Of a stretch of DNA of 64,000 bases, positions 39,973-53,462 are shown one piece after another. This stretch comes from Lingula anatina (Eukaryota; Animalia; Brachiopoda), in contig CM120648.1 in the NCBI GenBank assembly GCA_051362555.1, forward strand, positions 6,816,587 through 6,880,586. The letters are read 5' to 3'. The first letter of the stretch is position 1. The number at the start of each line of letters is the position of its first letter. A model generated the notes under the pieces. That model had not been told where the DNA came from. It saw only the letters and a list, made by a program, of their open reading frames with translations, and did no database searches. The position numbers and the translations under genes were made by a program.

Positions 39973-40409
39973 GGTTACAGGGAGGGGGTCAGCTGGTTTG
40001 ACCAAATGTCCAGGCAAACGCGAGCCACGGACAGATTTTTCACATTCCAAATGCAATGTAAGTTCATGTATAGGCTACTGTCATCATTATCGTGTAAATA
40101 TACAATTTGATTAAAATGATAATGCTGTGTTTTCGTTCTTTATCCCTTCATCAAAATGAAACTGAAACCACACTGAAATGACACCACACGTCAAGTTAAC
40201 TTATGTCATAATTTTTCAGCTTGTCTAAGTTTTTCAATTTTTTCCTATGCGAGAACGTTCATATTAAACTGATAGCAACATCGCGCAGGATTTGACTTTA
40301 AGGCTATTAAAATGAAAATGCAGGGATAATTGATTGTTCAGTTTGCGTTCATAAGCAGAAAAATTGAATCTCCTCCTCAGCCTGTCACATTAAACTTCCA
40401 CCGGTGATG

Positions 40410-42423
40410 TTATCGTTTCCTGGACCTGTCAATTTCACAAACAAACCTCTCCTTGCTGTCACACTCCACCACTGTCCACATGAAGGATTCATCCTTGTCC
40501 AGCAGGACACACCCACGGACACTGTTGTCCATGTCAGGTGTCCATTCGTTATAGTCTCTCAGGGACGTGTTATCGGCAAATACAAAAGACGGTTTGTCGG
40601 AGACGTCATTCAGGCGGTGCTCGGAGTCCAATCCTGTAAAAAAAAAGGAACAGTTTTTGGTAACTGATGTTAATTCATCCATCCAGATAAAATGGTGACA
40701 CAGAAAACGCGTTTTAACTAAGCGCGCTCTGAATATAAGGAATAAAATATTGTTAACTTTTTTCTGACTCTGCTTTCCCGTTTATACCGACCGCCTAGTG
40801 GAGGGTAATAACATATGTGATATCACTTGAGGGGTGTAACGACGGTGATGGTGTGACTGACCGCTAACAGTCGTTCCCATTAACTATGAAAAGTTCGTGT
40901 ATGAACCTTTTTTTATAAAATTTCAATCGCTTTTTATATTCAATTTCGTAGAGTATAAATACAAACCGAAAGGAAAAAGTAATATCTTTGCGGTTCACGC
41001 ATTTTTTTCTTTTTGTGATAATATCCATACCTATATAGTATGAAAAGTTGTATTTCGTCGTTTGGTATATTAATCCAGCCAGTGTCTTGTACTCTTCCTT
41101 TGTTTTGGTTATGGCCAGCGTGGCATCATAGTACATGCCAGAGCACGTTGTCTTGGCTTTATCATAGCCCGCTTCTTCCTTTGAGAGGAAGAGACATTTG
41201 TGACCTATTCTTATCCACTCTTTGGGACAAATGCCTGTCAAAACACACAAGTTAAATTATGACTTCTCATACATAGTGCAAATCAGTTGTTATTATTTTT
41301 CATCTTTTTATCTTATTATTATTATGTTCAATCTTTTACATTATAAGAAATGGATTCGGACCGTATTCTCAGACATACACAAGACATAGACATCTAACGT
41401 AGTGTTGCCTTCTTTATCATATTTTCAATACTAATAAATTTACAGAATTCTCAGATGTTGGAAAGCACACAACTCTCACCGTTGCAAATAGTTCCAAACA
41501 ACGCTTCTCTGATCGTTTCCAAAGCATCAAAATCATCCACGTGGAAAACGTGTGTATCAAGAGGATCAGAAGCGATGGCCTCCAGTTCTGCCCGACGTGG
41601 GACGTCCCCTATACCAACAGAAAACATGGTGATGCCTTCCTCTTTTGCTTTCCTTGCCTGAAGCTTTGTTTCAGTGAGATTGTCCGACCAACCGTCCGTG
41701 ACGACGACTCCAACTCTTGGCACACCTGGTCTGTATCCATCACGATTCCTTATGCTGAACTGATTCTGCAGCATCATCTTTAGACCAATAGCCGTATCGG
41801 TGCCACCGCCTTCTTGTGGCATGTTGGCTATTTGAACTAATATGCTCTTTTTATCTGCTTTTGAGTTTAGTACATGAATTTTCTGACAGCCAGAGCTGAA
41901 CGTTAAGATACCAACCTGGACGTCGTCTCTGCTTATGGTGAACTCCGAGACAATAGCGTATATAAACTGCCGTTGTTTCTCCCAGTCCGTGTCGTTAATG
42001 CTGCTCGATGCGTCCACCACAAAAACGATGTCCCCCCGAATGTCACAGTCTGTAAAGCAAAATATTATGAAAAGTGCTATGTAAATGTATAAGAGGCATT
42101 GGTATATCCAGTTATCGTCCACAATTCCCCGCCTCCCCGCTAAAGCCTAGATTACATTAACACGGGCGCCGTGCGATGAAATTATCTGTACGTTTTTTTT
42201 TATCGTAAGGAGCTACGGGCTACGCCAAGTATGTCTACATTGCATGGCCTTAAATCAGTACGATTCCGTGCGATTTTGCACGATCACCGTCTATCTCCGC
42301 TCAGACGCTGTACGAAAAGGGTATGACGGGCAGTATACGTGCACCGTACGGGCATCACATTTCAAATGTAATCTAGGCTGAAGTGTGAGAGGGAACAATC
42401 ACTCTGGCCTAACAGTACCCTAA

Positions 42424-42465
<42 letters not shown>

Positions 42466-43161
42466 GCCTAGCGTGTTTCAAAACACCCCCATCATTCAAT
42501 TAAGTGAAAAAAGTCCCACCCCTTCCTAATTACCGCACCTTGATCCGCCATTTTGCTTTAACGAATATTGATGTCAGTCAAATGTTGTATGCCCCTAGCA
42601 CGTGTTTGTAAGAAAAATGCATTTTTTCGAATGGTTAAATCTACATTTTATTTTAACGCCTCAAAGTATTTTCTTTCTTGGCATTACATAAAAATGAGAA
42701 GAAAAAAAAACGATGGGCTTATTTTTTCATTTTATACTGAATTAAGAAAACGAGAAGAAATAAAACTACTTACAAGTTAAGTTAATTTTAAACAATTTCA
42801 GTTGCAACAGATAAAGAAGTATTGTAATATTAAGTTTTCAATTGTCACTTGCTGCTTCTATAAACACCTCCCTATACTTATCTCTCTCGATCTTCTCTAA
42901 TATCAAAACGACGTAAAATCGATATCAAACACATTGATAATGTTACAATTCTTCGTTCACATGTGGCTATAATTTTCTAAAAGTGTCAGTTAAAATCCAC
43001 TAAAAATACGGGTAAAATCTATTCAGTTTTTGTTTCATTCAAATCGCCAAATTTCATTCAAAAACACAAAAGCAACAACACTCAAAAATCTTACTTTTAG
43101 CATCCCCCAACACCAAGCACGCTGTCACAGCTGTCTGCATCAAACGCCAGAAAAGATGCAT
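40410..43161 (-). CDS. Secreted VWA + C-type lectin-like domain protein, ~354 aa (exons 43161-43095, 42049-41480, 41234-41031, 40633-40410)
   Basis: Signal peptide MHLFWRLMQTAVTACLVLG. VWA with MIDAS DIVFVVDASSS, GGGTDT, VVVTDG, FSVGIG. CTLD CPKEWIRIGHKCLFL...YYIGL...FVCE lacks EPN/QPD/WND. All introns phase 1; 1065 nt. Confidence 0.88.
42144..42379. mobile_element. MITE in intron 1 of the VWA-CTLD gene
   Basis: 15-bp TIR AGCCTAGATTACATT / AATGTAATCTAGGCT; flanks TAA/GAA; internal cgtacg/cgtgcg repeats. Confidence 0.7.
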
Positions 43162-44281
43162 TTCTCTGGGGCCCCTCCGCACGATAGGGGTTCTACAACA
43201 CCCAGGATGTGGCCCCACTCCTTATATTGTCGCTATCAGTCTAGCTTTATCACGGAGCGTTGTCCATCAGCTAGTGGTGCCCGCAAAACCATCATTATGA
43301 GCACGCTGTATTGACACTAGAACAGATTATCACACAACATAACGCATTATCTCGTTATCGCGCGCCTTATCAGGGGAGCTAACGCGTTATCTCGTTTTGG
43401 GGCGAGGTTTCAGAAGAAAACACTATGGTGTGGACTTGGGGGTTCCAGGAAAATAGAACAAACATTTTCCATTCTTATCACCCTTAACAGTATTATTAAT
43501 CAGGCAACACGTACAGGTATTTGTATATTATATTCAACTTCTAAATGAGTTACCAGTGTTGTTTTAGGTTCATATAGCTCAATTATTAAGATCTTCATGC
43601 CAGTGATTATTCTCAAAAAGAGACTACCGGTCGGATTTATGTTTGACAGCCAAACGGTACTTCGTAATCTTGCTTAAGCATAGATTAAGGTGCCAAAAGT
43701 TGTATCAACCAGGTCCCGTGGTTTCATTGAGGTGTTGCTGGGACAGCGAGGCTTGGTACATGTAATTTAGGTTCACTTTATTAATGGATCATCTGGATAG
43801 CACCAATATGATACATATAATGTATATTATCCTTTATCAAAGTACCATCCAAACTATTCCATATTGAAATAACAGTACTTTTTTGCTTACAAAGAATAAT
43901 TTTTGTTCATGCCTCCCATTGCCAAAATCCTTGATTGACCCGTGGTCTTAATTTTTCAGTCTGCCATACTGTCAGATGTAGCAGAATGGAGAATATGTAC
44001 CGGTACAAAGAGAACCGTACAAGTTGTCTACTAACATAACACACTTGCTGAGGTCATGTCCACGTACATGTAATGTGACAGCATCTGGACGCATCATGCG
44101 CGTGATGCAACGTGGGATATGTATTTGTGGATCTCTATCTGTGTCGATGACCTCGTCGATGGCCTTGTTGCATTGTTATTGGATTTTATTGTGGTTCCAG
44201 TGACAGATAAGCGATTTACTATACGTGGAGCGTCCGGAATGGAGAGCAAGAATGTTGTAGTACCCTGATGATGTGGGGCCT

Positions 44282-44314
<33 letters not shown>

Positions 44315-45177
44315 GTGACTTCGATATTGTTGGGAAAAGTCATAGAAACCCATGAATGTTTTGTGTAAAGAGATTAAGGGCGTTTTCTACCCGTTAGCCA
44401 TGAGGTTTCTACCATCACACAAGAGACAACGTAAGAATTATTTCACCAAAATTAAAACGTTCCGAAATTATCATGAATAGACGATGGTTGTTGCATAATA
44501 AAAGTCCAGGGCATTTTTCTTGTTTATTTTTATTTTCATTTTTATTTTATGTATTTGTTTATTTCGCTTTCTACAGTATTTATCCAGTCGAGAACAATCG
44601 GCGTTAACTGAAGCCGAATGTCCCAAAGAGTGAATTAAGATGGGCTGTGCACGCATAATACATTTATTTTCAATCATGAACGAAAGAGATTGTTGAATTA
44701 TATGAAAACTCATACGCGATTCAGGACAGTTTGACGCAATGCCGTTCACTAGAGATATATCCAGGTCATTGGTGGAGAAAAGGTGAAAAACAAAACCTTC
44801 AGGATTTGCGACATTTCTGCGGATTCTGACTCAATAGCTTGCATTGCGTTCATAAACATATTTCTTTATTTCCTTTTCAAAAGGAGATAACAGGCGTTTT
44901 TAAGCTTGTCGCATTACATCATCAAAACGCAGTTTTTTAAGATTCTTCTGTTACCCTTTATTTGGAAGAAAAGAACCAAATGCAATCGAGCAAAAGAGTA
45001 AATCTGCATTTTGACCGGTAGAACTTTAATTAAACCATTAACAATGACTTAATATGTCTTGATATGCCTTGACATCATTTAATAGCTAACCCGAAAAAGT
45101 AGAAATGACACACATTACCCCCAAAGGCATTTCGATAATGTCCTCTCGCGTTTTCTCTTCTTATTGCCCGACCCTTA

Positions 45178-45393
45178 TGGCGCATTCCCATAGATTTTAG
45201 ATCGATCTATCCCCGTGGGGAGTCTCACTAGATTACCGTCAGATAATCCGGCTTAAATGTCCGTCCCGCCTACTATACAAGCTGTAAGGGGGTAATTAAC
45301 TTTCGTGCCCGCTCGGCTGACAGCTATTTAGCGTGAACCCCCACGGAGTTAGGTCGATCTAGTTGAATCGATCTAATCTCTGGGAATGGGGTC
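45178..45393. mobile_element. MITE (GATCGATC family, PIF/Harbinger-like)
   Basis: TIR core cattcccatagatt..agatcgat / atcgatctaatctctgggaatg; exact TTA direct repeat on both flanks; near-identical to the 32208 copy. Confidence 0.8.
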
Positions 45394-45565
45394 TTAGGCA
45401 TTAACAGCGTTTGTATGACACAAAATTTTGCATTTACTAAATAATCAAAAACAGGCCAAAGTACTAATTACAAAACTCGTCTTATCCCCCTACTGGAATG
45501 TTATATGGCAATGCTGACCGTTTTTATACTACATGAAATGTCAGAGGGTCTATCAGTATCTACGG

Positions 45566-46771
45566 TCAGGGCGAGGCAAGCCTGTATTCGACCACTGCCA
45601 CAAATGCAAGAACATATATTGTAAGATAATTTGGAAGGAATCCGTTAGAGCCATTATAATAAGCACAAACGGCCGCAAACAATTTCTTCTCGATGTTCTT
45701 CAGAAATTCGAAGTCTTTGACGTTAAAAACGAACGTAGCCGACGGTTCTGACGCAATCTTCTTCAGTTCGTCTTCCTTGGCTTCCTCTCCAATTCCGACG
45801 GCAAAGAGGGTGATGTTGGACTTCTTTGCCATATCGGCCTCCAAGGCGGTGGCGTTACTGTTGTCCGAAAACCCGTCCGTAATAACCACTCCAACATGCA
45901 GCGCATCAGGGCGAGGACCTTTACGGTTGCGAATATTGAAAAGGCTGGAACGCATCATCCGTAAGCCTTCATAGGTTTGTGTTCCTCCACCCGTCTGTTC
46001 TATGCCACTTACGGCTCCCAGTACCTGGTTGCTCGTGTTGTACTCTTTTAATTGGAAGTTGATTTTGTAGCCCGTGCCAAATGTCAGAGCAGCCACGTGG
46101 ACTATGTCTGTTCCGACGTGAAAATGTTTAATGACGTCACTGATGAACTCTTTCTGCTTCTTCCAGTCGGCAGAGCTGATACTGCCAGAGGCGTCTATTA
46201 CAAACGCCAGGTCAATTTTGGCTTCACAACCTGAAATTATGATTAAAATGTTGATAGACTTTCTGACAACAAACTCTCCCTCTCTCTCTCTCTGAATTGA
46301 AAATTGGCAAAATGTATTTTATATATGAATATTTACCAGTTAAAACAAAGGATTGATTTAAGTTAAGAAAATGGTGTATTTATATAGCAACAAATGTTGA
46401 CCCACATAAGTAATGAATGAGTAAAATGACATACTTGAATTGCCATGTTTGATGTCAATTTCTAGAGTCAATTTCTAGTATCCCACCATATTATTTTTTC
46501 TTATATAAACAATTAAAAAGTTAACGCAACTTTTCCTAATTCAAAAATAAAATGACAAAATAGCATCATTTTAATAACGCCATTTAATCCATTAACGATT
46601 AACATCTTATTGCATCGTCTTTAATAAAACTGTTAAATGATATAAAATGGTGAAAAGATACAATGTTTATTAACCGTTTTCTTGTCCATAACCATATCCA
46701 TAACCGTGCTCATTGCCATAGCTTGGAGTCACACACAATGTGGCCATAACCAATGCCAAGACAAATACCAT
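45566..46771 (-). CDS. Single-VWA-domain protein with probable GPI-anchor signal, ~253 aa (exons 46771-46675, 46230-45566)
   Basis: Signal peptide MVFVLALVMATLCVTPSYG followed by NEHGYGYGYGQEN. VWA DLAFVIDASGS, GGGTQT, VVITDG, FAVGIG. C-terminus YNGSNG-FLPN-YLTIYVLAFVAVV. 762 nt in frame. Confidence 0.88.
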
Positions 46772-48871
46772 GACTGCTGTAGCAACCGTCCCTGTAGCTG
46801 TAAATGGAGAAAGAAGCAACCGATTATTAAAACCTCTAGCAAGTTATTTTTCCCGTAAAATAACCGGAAACAGTAACCGCATTTAGATTTCTGTAGTCAA
46901 TTATAGTTATTCTGAGGTAGTCAATTATAGTCATTCTGAGGCACCATAACGTTTGCCAATCATTGCAATGATGCATGTCTGATTTTGAATTTTAAAATTC
47001 TGAGGTGAAACAACACAACTGGCAAATGACAAAAACTGATTGCCAATGCAAGCACCACGTACCGAGACGATGAAAAATTCCAAATACATTCAAAGGACCA
47101 CGTACCTTTCGTATTAGCTTTGATCTGTATTCCGTTTCTCTATCTACTTTCCACAGGTAACCCGTTCAATATTTGCAGCAATATAAGTAACAGAAATATA
47201 TGCACGTGAGTAGTGTCACGTTAGGCGTCTGATCGGAAAGATGTGTTCACACAACAAGGGTTGAGTTCAATCCAAATGACGCCACATTACAAAACCATTC
47301 ACACACATGACGTCAGCTAGAATTGACCTGTGCTGTAGCAATCAGTTTTAAATAGGCTGGTTCTGTGTCCATTTGCAGTTTCAGCGTGAAGTAAAAGAAT
47401 CGACAATCCTTATTTCAGATCGAACTTGAATCCGCCAAAACGGGGACTAGTGAATTCAGCGTTCCTGAATCTAATTAAATCAACGATAATCCCATGTTTG
47501 TTTTTTACAGATAAACCATGGGAGGAAAACTTTTATTACATTACAGTAAACACAGTTGTGGTACAAATACATAAAAGATTGATAAAAGATTGGAATATCA
47601 GCTTCATCATACCATTATCAAATTCTGCATGTCTGTGGCGTCGGATTAAGGGCGGCTGTGGTAAGAACTTCATCCTCAATTCAAACTATGTTTATTACAA
47701 ATCAGATCCCTATAAGGTTTAAATTCAACACTCATTTTTTAAAAAATCAATCAAGTTTTTGATGTGAGAGGTGCATTTATGGGATATTTAGAGTGAGAAA
47801 TATAATTAACGTGGTGTTTTTAAAAAATCCACAGCTGTAACTGCACATATCTATCAATTAACCAAGGAACCATTCAACTTCGCGGTGATGAGTGTTTAAT
47901 GAGTATACGACTTAGTTTAGATATTAGCTTTTTGATCATTTGCTCTGTGCCTAGCGAACGCTTACACGCATCCCTGCACTTCCATTAGTGTCGATCTTTC
48001 CAAAATTTCTACCATGTCTTTTGAAAGAAAGGACAGGACAGATTAGTTTCAAAGAAATCCAAATCATTTTCGCCAACAATGTTTCCAAGTACCACTTTCA
48101 AGTTATTCATTAACGCATTTAAACGTGTGTTTATTTCTTCCAAGTGATCACTTGTTCGTTCAGTTGATCTTCAATTCATCAACAGTCAGCCAGTGCTACA
48201 TTCTTATGCACTTACCACACGCTAATTTATTCCTTTATCTATTTTTTCATTACAAAATGAGATAATGTCAACGCATTCCCACAGATTGGGGTGAGGTAAA
48301 TATATTATTAATAGTAGCCTTGTGATTAAAAAAATTAAAAAAAACGGCTCCGTGCTATAGCATAAAACATGGGCAAGTTGTCACGGGCATTGAAAGATAT
48401 GAGCTGTGGGATGTATACGTGATTACACTCAACAAACTAGACGTGACTTCTCCGAGTTCACATCGGAGCTAATTTATACCGGCATGGTGTTGATGACATC
48501 AGCGGTCAGGATTGCTCCATGTGAGATTAACAGGCATGAGGTGAGATGGGAATCTTTTTGAAAAGTGATTGTCCTATGACGTCAGGTCTAAATCATTCTC
48601 TACAACCATGCATGCCAAAGATGATTACAGGCAAACATTTTATCGAAAAAAACTGAGACAAGGAAATAAAATGAAGACAAATAAATCTCACTTACTTTCT
48701 TCAACTTACTGTTTCATTGTGAATCGGAAAACTAAAGGCTGCTCGGGCGATTTCTTGAACATAGATCATGTACATTATACAGTGGAGCATTATTTGTGGT
48801 CTCAGTTATAGGCGAATACGTCGTTTGGAGTCAGGGCCAAACTTCTATCTCTCTGGAATGCACATGCATAT

Positions 48872-48872
<1 letters not shown>

Positions 48873-48927
<55 letters not shown>
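48873..48927 (+). repeat. Poly-T tract (~55 nt)
   Basis: Direct reading. Confidence 0.9.
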
Positions 48928-48928
<1 letters not shown>

Positions 48929-50030
48929 TCGTAAAGCTCACATGGCACTGAAACTATGTAAACGCTTATGTATGAATTCTTAACGCCACGACTTTTGACA
49001 TTGTTATCATGGAAAGAACCTGTATGACTGATTTTTTTCATTTTGCTTATTCTATTTATCAACTGATTCATCATTTCATACTATTCTATATTTATTTATT
49101 TATTTACTCGTGTATTTTTTCAGTTTTGTCAAATAGGACAGGATAGTTCTAATCACGATCTATTTTTACTAATGCAAGTCTACTGACCAAATGAATGGAA
49201 CAGCCTCCAAATGTACTTAAAAACAATCTAGTGCAAGGGCAATTAAAAAAAGAACTTTAATTTTAAAATAGTTTTTTAGTTGTACTATAGTAAATATATT
49301 TATAATTTGAATGAATTTACTGTTAACTTATTTATTTATTGCGTTTCATTATACATATTAATCATACGCGAAGTAGGCGCATATTTGAAACTAGTTTTAC
49401 ATTCTCTATGTTACAAGCAAACTATAACCCTGTGAACGGAGGCTGTACTCAATATTCTATGTCATATTTGCATTTCATAAAAAAACACGTTCATTCTTTC
49501 ATCATACATATTTATTACAAAAAAGTGAAAACCAGTGCCTTGGACACATCAAAACGTCCACGTGTTCCTGGAAAAGTCACATGCCCAGTTAAAAGTTTCG
49601 ATTTTAAAGTCCTCAGAGCGTGCTGTCCACGTGGCCCCGTGTCAGTTTACAGCCTCCTTTTCAAACTGGAAAAAAACAATAACAAAATAGAATAAAACGA
49701 AAAAAATAGATTGATTTTTGATGAATAAATGTTGGTCAAAATTTTTGGAAGTTCACTTTTTTGCATCCCTTGTTTTTTTCTATGTTTTGTTATTTTTTCT
49801 ATATTTGATCGTATCATGCATAACGCAAATCCGACATAAATAAGAAAAAATTAAGTCTCTGTATCTGAAAAGAGCAATCAAAAGTTGAAAAGTATATAAT
49901 CAATCTTAAATTTGTGTGTATCTATAAAACTGCACACATGTAATATCTAATATTTCTAAAAACAAAATAGTGATAGACAAACACTCGGAACAACTAGATA
50001 CCGCACAAAATTTACCTTAAAATCCACATG

Positions 50031-50381
50031 TTAGTATCTTCGTCCTCTGTAAAGAAATGCTCGTGAAAACCCTCTCCGTCCTCTTCGTTGTCTTTGGGGT
50101 CCAGTAAAAGTACTCTGAACGCCTCCTCCGAACCCTCCTCCGACACCATTAGCGCTGACGCCGACACCGCCACCGAAACCGCCACTGACGGAACCGAATG
50201 GGGTGTCGACCGCAAATCCACCGCCACCTCCACCGCCCCCTCCCCCGGGGCCAATCCCGCCGCCAAACCCACCGCCAGCCCCTCCGCTGAAGCCGTTCAA
50301 GTCGACTCTGTTAAAGCGAGTTGTTGTTTGTCCTAAAACTGCTCCTAAGAGCAAGAGAAGAAGAACGGCGTGTCTAAGCAT
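50031..50381 (-). CDS. Secreted glycine-rich protein A (116 aa)
   Basis: ACAATG start; signal peptide MLRHAVLLLLLLGAVLG; GGGF/poly-G core; basic tail QRQRRGRRGFSRAFLYRGRRY. TATAAG at ~50482-50487; 3'UTR intron 50015-49666; AATAAA at 49511-49516. Confidence 0.85.
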   Translation of the reverse strand: MLRHAVLLLLLLGAVLGQTTTRFNRVDLNGFSGGAGGGFGGGIGPGGGGGGGGGGFAVDTPFGSVSGGFGGGVGVSANGVGGGFGGGVQSTFTGPQRQRRGRRGFSRAFLYRGRRY

Positions 50382-51120
50382 TGTTTGCACCGACTTCCGC
50401 ACGGTTCAACCGATCTGCTGAGAGTTTGCTGGCGTGGGATCGCTCGGCAAAAGCGCGTATGCGGGCGTGCGGCCTCTCGTACTTATAGGCATCTAAAATC
50501 GCGTGATTGCACCCATGTGTTTGGAAAAGATTCCTCGCCTGTCAACTATCGATCAAGACTTAAAATACATTTTATCGTCCATCTTTGGTGCTATGTTGTA
50601 ATACAACCCATGCTCTGATGGTAGCGCTAGTCCCGTTCACGCAGAATAGGAGGAAGTAAAAATACGATTTGTTACACTCTGTAAATTTGTCAACGTCGCG
50701 AGAAAACTGTTTCCTCTTGAATGCGACTGCCATCATAAATAACGTTGACAACCGAAACGAGCCCTTAGGAGTTCATCCTCTTGTTTTGATTAACATTGCT
50801 TCTTTAAGTCAGTTCATGCTTGTTCGTGGGAGCATGTGTATACGTGCTTGTGTGTGTGCGTGTGCGTGTGCGTGTTTGCGCTTACATGTACGTGGAAGTG
50901 TATGTTTTTTTAAAGAGGAAACTTTGTTCATGGAGTTTAAAGGAATGAGAATTTTGATCTGCACATTTCGTATAATTGTCTTGTTTTACTTTCTCCTTTT
51001 ATTGTATCTCTTGTATTTTATATTGACTGAATTTTTGAGCGCACATCACGACACATGTACGTGAAAAAATACACGGGTTATTATCCGGATATCTGTCCCA
51101 GCTTATTCCTGCCAGCTTTA

Positions 51121-51178
<58 letters not shown>

Positions 51179-53006
51179 GTCATTTATTTTGATGTTCATA
51201 ACTCATATTGTTTCAACTGAATATCCACATTTATAAATTCCCCATTCATACCTTAATCTTCGACCTAAAGTTATTTGGTCTGTTAACGACTTTTGTGTTA
51301 TACTGTGGCGCAAACGGGAGTTCCTCAGCACAAGCTATCGCATAATGATGATTTTGTATAAGATGGATTCTCTATAACTATGTCATCATCACAGTTTGCA
51401 TACTTTACACGTCTTAATTCTACCTTGTCCAACTTAAACGCAAAATATAAAGTTTCTTTTAAATACGAAAAATAATTTTCAGGATACCCATGTCTCTGTG
51501 TATGTGCAGTGCTATTTTTAACCTGGGGTGAACTATAAAAGCACAAACCGCCACCAAAACAAGTTAAAGACCAATTTATGAACATATGAAAGGAGGTCAT
51601 AATAATGCAGATATCTTAATCACATCTTTCCCTCCTGAATTATTGGTCTTTTGCAGCTAGATGACTAGATGTTGACTTAATTTAATCGCTGAAGAGCTTG
51701 CTCTCCAGTAAACAAAAGAAGTGAACATGAAGTCATCCAGCTGAAAAAGGCCTGTTGTCTAGAGAAAAATATATATTGTAGTTTGGATATAAACTCACGC
51801 GAGCTTTATCTAGGGGCAAATATATCGAGAAACAACCGCAAGTTGAGGAAATATCTTGATTGTTTTCTGTTAACTTCTGACTGATGTTATTAAGTGTGCG
51901 TTTCAAGCTGACATTTTTCACCAAAGTAAGCCCCTCTTCGCGTGACGGAAACTCATAACGAGACCATGGCACGTGACCCATGGATATTTGTGATTCGTCA
52001 CGCGGGGTAAACATATATTTTAGGATTCGTGTGCAGAATGAAATTCACAGCCACTGTGAGGCAACTTTCTGCGTTGTATTTTAATGATATCAAGAAAAAA
52101 CCCTTAATCCCATTAATTCCGAGAATTTTACATGGGCTTTGTTCATTAACAACAAGTGGTATTCATCGCATTTCAAAAACTGCTCTTCCTTGCCCCCCCC
52201 CCCCTCCATAAAAAAAATAGAGATGGGGTCCATGAAGTTAAGGCTTTGACGCGATTAAAAGGATAAAAGGTGGACACCATGCTTCAATATATATTCCAGG
52301 TGGCAGAGCCTCTCAAAGGTATGCCTCGAATGCAATTTGAACTTAGGCGTTTTGAAAGAGCCCTGTTGTTTGTTGAATGGACATGTCGACGTCCAAAATA
52401 ACGCTCGCAACCCTCGCTCACCGGTAGACTAAGCTGTATGACCTTAACAAAAAAAAACCACAACACGGTCTGTTGTCCACAATTCTGGATTCCTGGAGTA
52501 ATTATAGCCTACATAAAATGACAGTCGCAGTATTTGGAGTGAATATGCTGTGCACTCTGTGGACTCGTAATAAGATGCGAGTTCAGGGCAACATTCTCTT
52601 TGGATAAAAATATGGCATGTTATTTTTTGAGCCCATGCACATGCGTGCACATTTGACTTGTCAGAGTAAGAATAGCATTTTTCCATTGCCTTTTCATAAT
52701 TTAGGCAAATGATATGGGCCAATATCAATCAAGTGACTTTACATTGTCATTAACTGTTAACTTTTTGTGCATTTTCACGTAAGATAGAATCGCTGGCATT
52801 CCGCCTGCATGCGAAAAATAAGTTTTATCTTGAAACAATAGAAACCTGCACGAAAACAGCGCCCCTATTAAAGTGCGCTTACATTACAATGTTTCCAATG
52901 TCGCCATTCTCGCTAGAACAATATTTTTAAGGAACATTGGCATCTGTTATAAGCTGACTCTTGCCACATCTGAATCAAGCGGCGTCTTCTTGAAACACCG
53001 CTCAGG

Positions 53007-53462
53007 ATGAAAAGGGCGCACGTTTTCGTCCTTGCTCTTCTTATAACCGTAGCCTTAGCCCAGCAGGGGAGAGGACGGGGCAGGGGCAGGGGAAGAGGCA
53101 GAGGCAGGGGCAGAGGAATAGGAGGGAATGCTGTGGCAAGCGGGAGTGGATTTGGCGCTGGATTCGGTAGTGGTTCAAATGGCTTTGGTGGCGGCGGCGG
53201 TGGCGGCGGCGGCAGTGCACAGGCCGGATCAAATGGAGCGTCGGCAACTGGTGGCGGAGCTGGATTTGGGTTTGGGGGCGGAGCAAATGGAGGAGGAGGA
53301 GGGGGTTTTGGCGGTGGAGGAGCCTTGGCCATCGGGTCGGATGGGTCAGTCGCTGTTGGTTTCGGTTTTGGGGGTGGATTCGGCTTTGGAGGACCGGGAG
53401 GGGGAGGTGGCGGCGGCGGCGGAGGAGGAGGGACGGCCATCGTCCGCGGTAAACGAAGATAA
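53007..53462 (+). CDS. Secreted glycine-rich protein B (151 aa)
   Basis: Signal peptide MKRAHVFVLALLITVALA; (GR)7; GFGAGFGSG and poly-G blocks; C-terminal VRGKRR. Donor gag|gtaagt at 53488; probable acceptor ttttctttcag at 54247. Confidence 0.88.
   Translation: MKRAHVFVLALLITVALAQQGRGRGRGRGRGRGRGRGIGGNAVASGSGFGAGFGSGSNGFGGGGGGGGGSAQAGSNGASATGGGAGFGFGGGANGGGGGGFGGGGALAIGSDGSVAVGFGFGGGFGFGGPGGGGGGGGGGGGTAIVRGKRR

Noticed and set aside
15382-48585. Many TGACGTCA (CRE) palindromes and TACATGTA octamers
   Set aside because: Scattered through introns, UTRs and a CDS without promoter clustering; enrichment cannot be assessed without a genome background.
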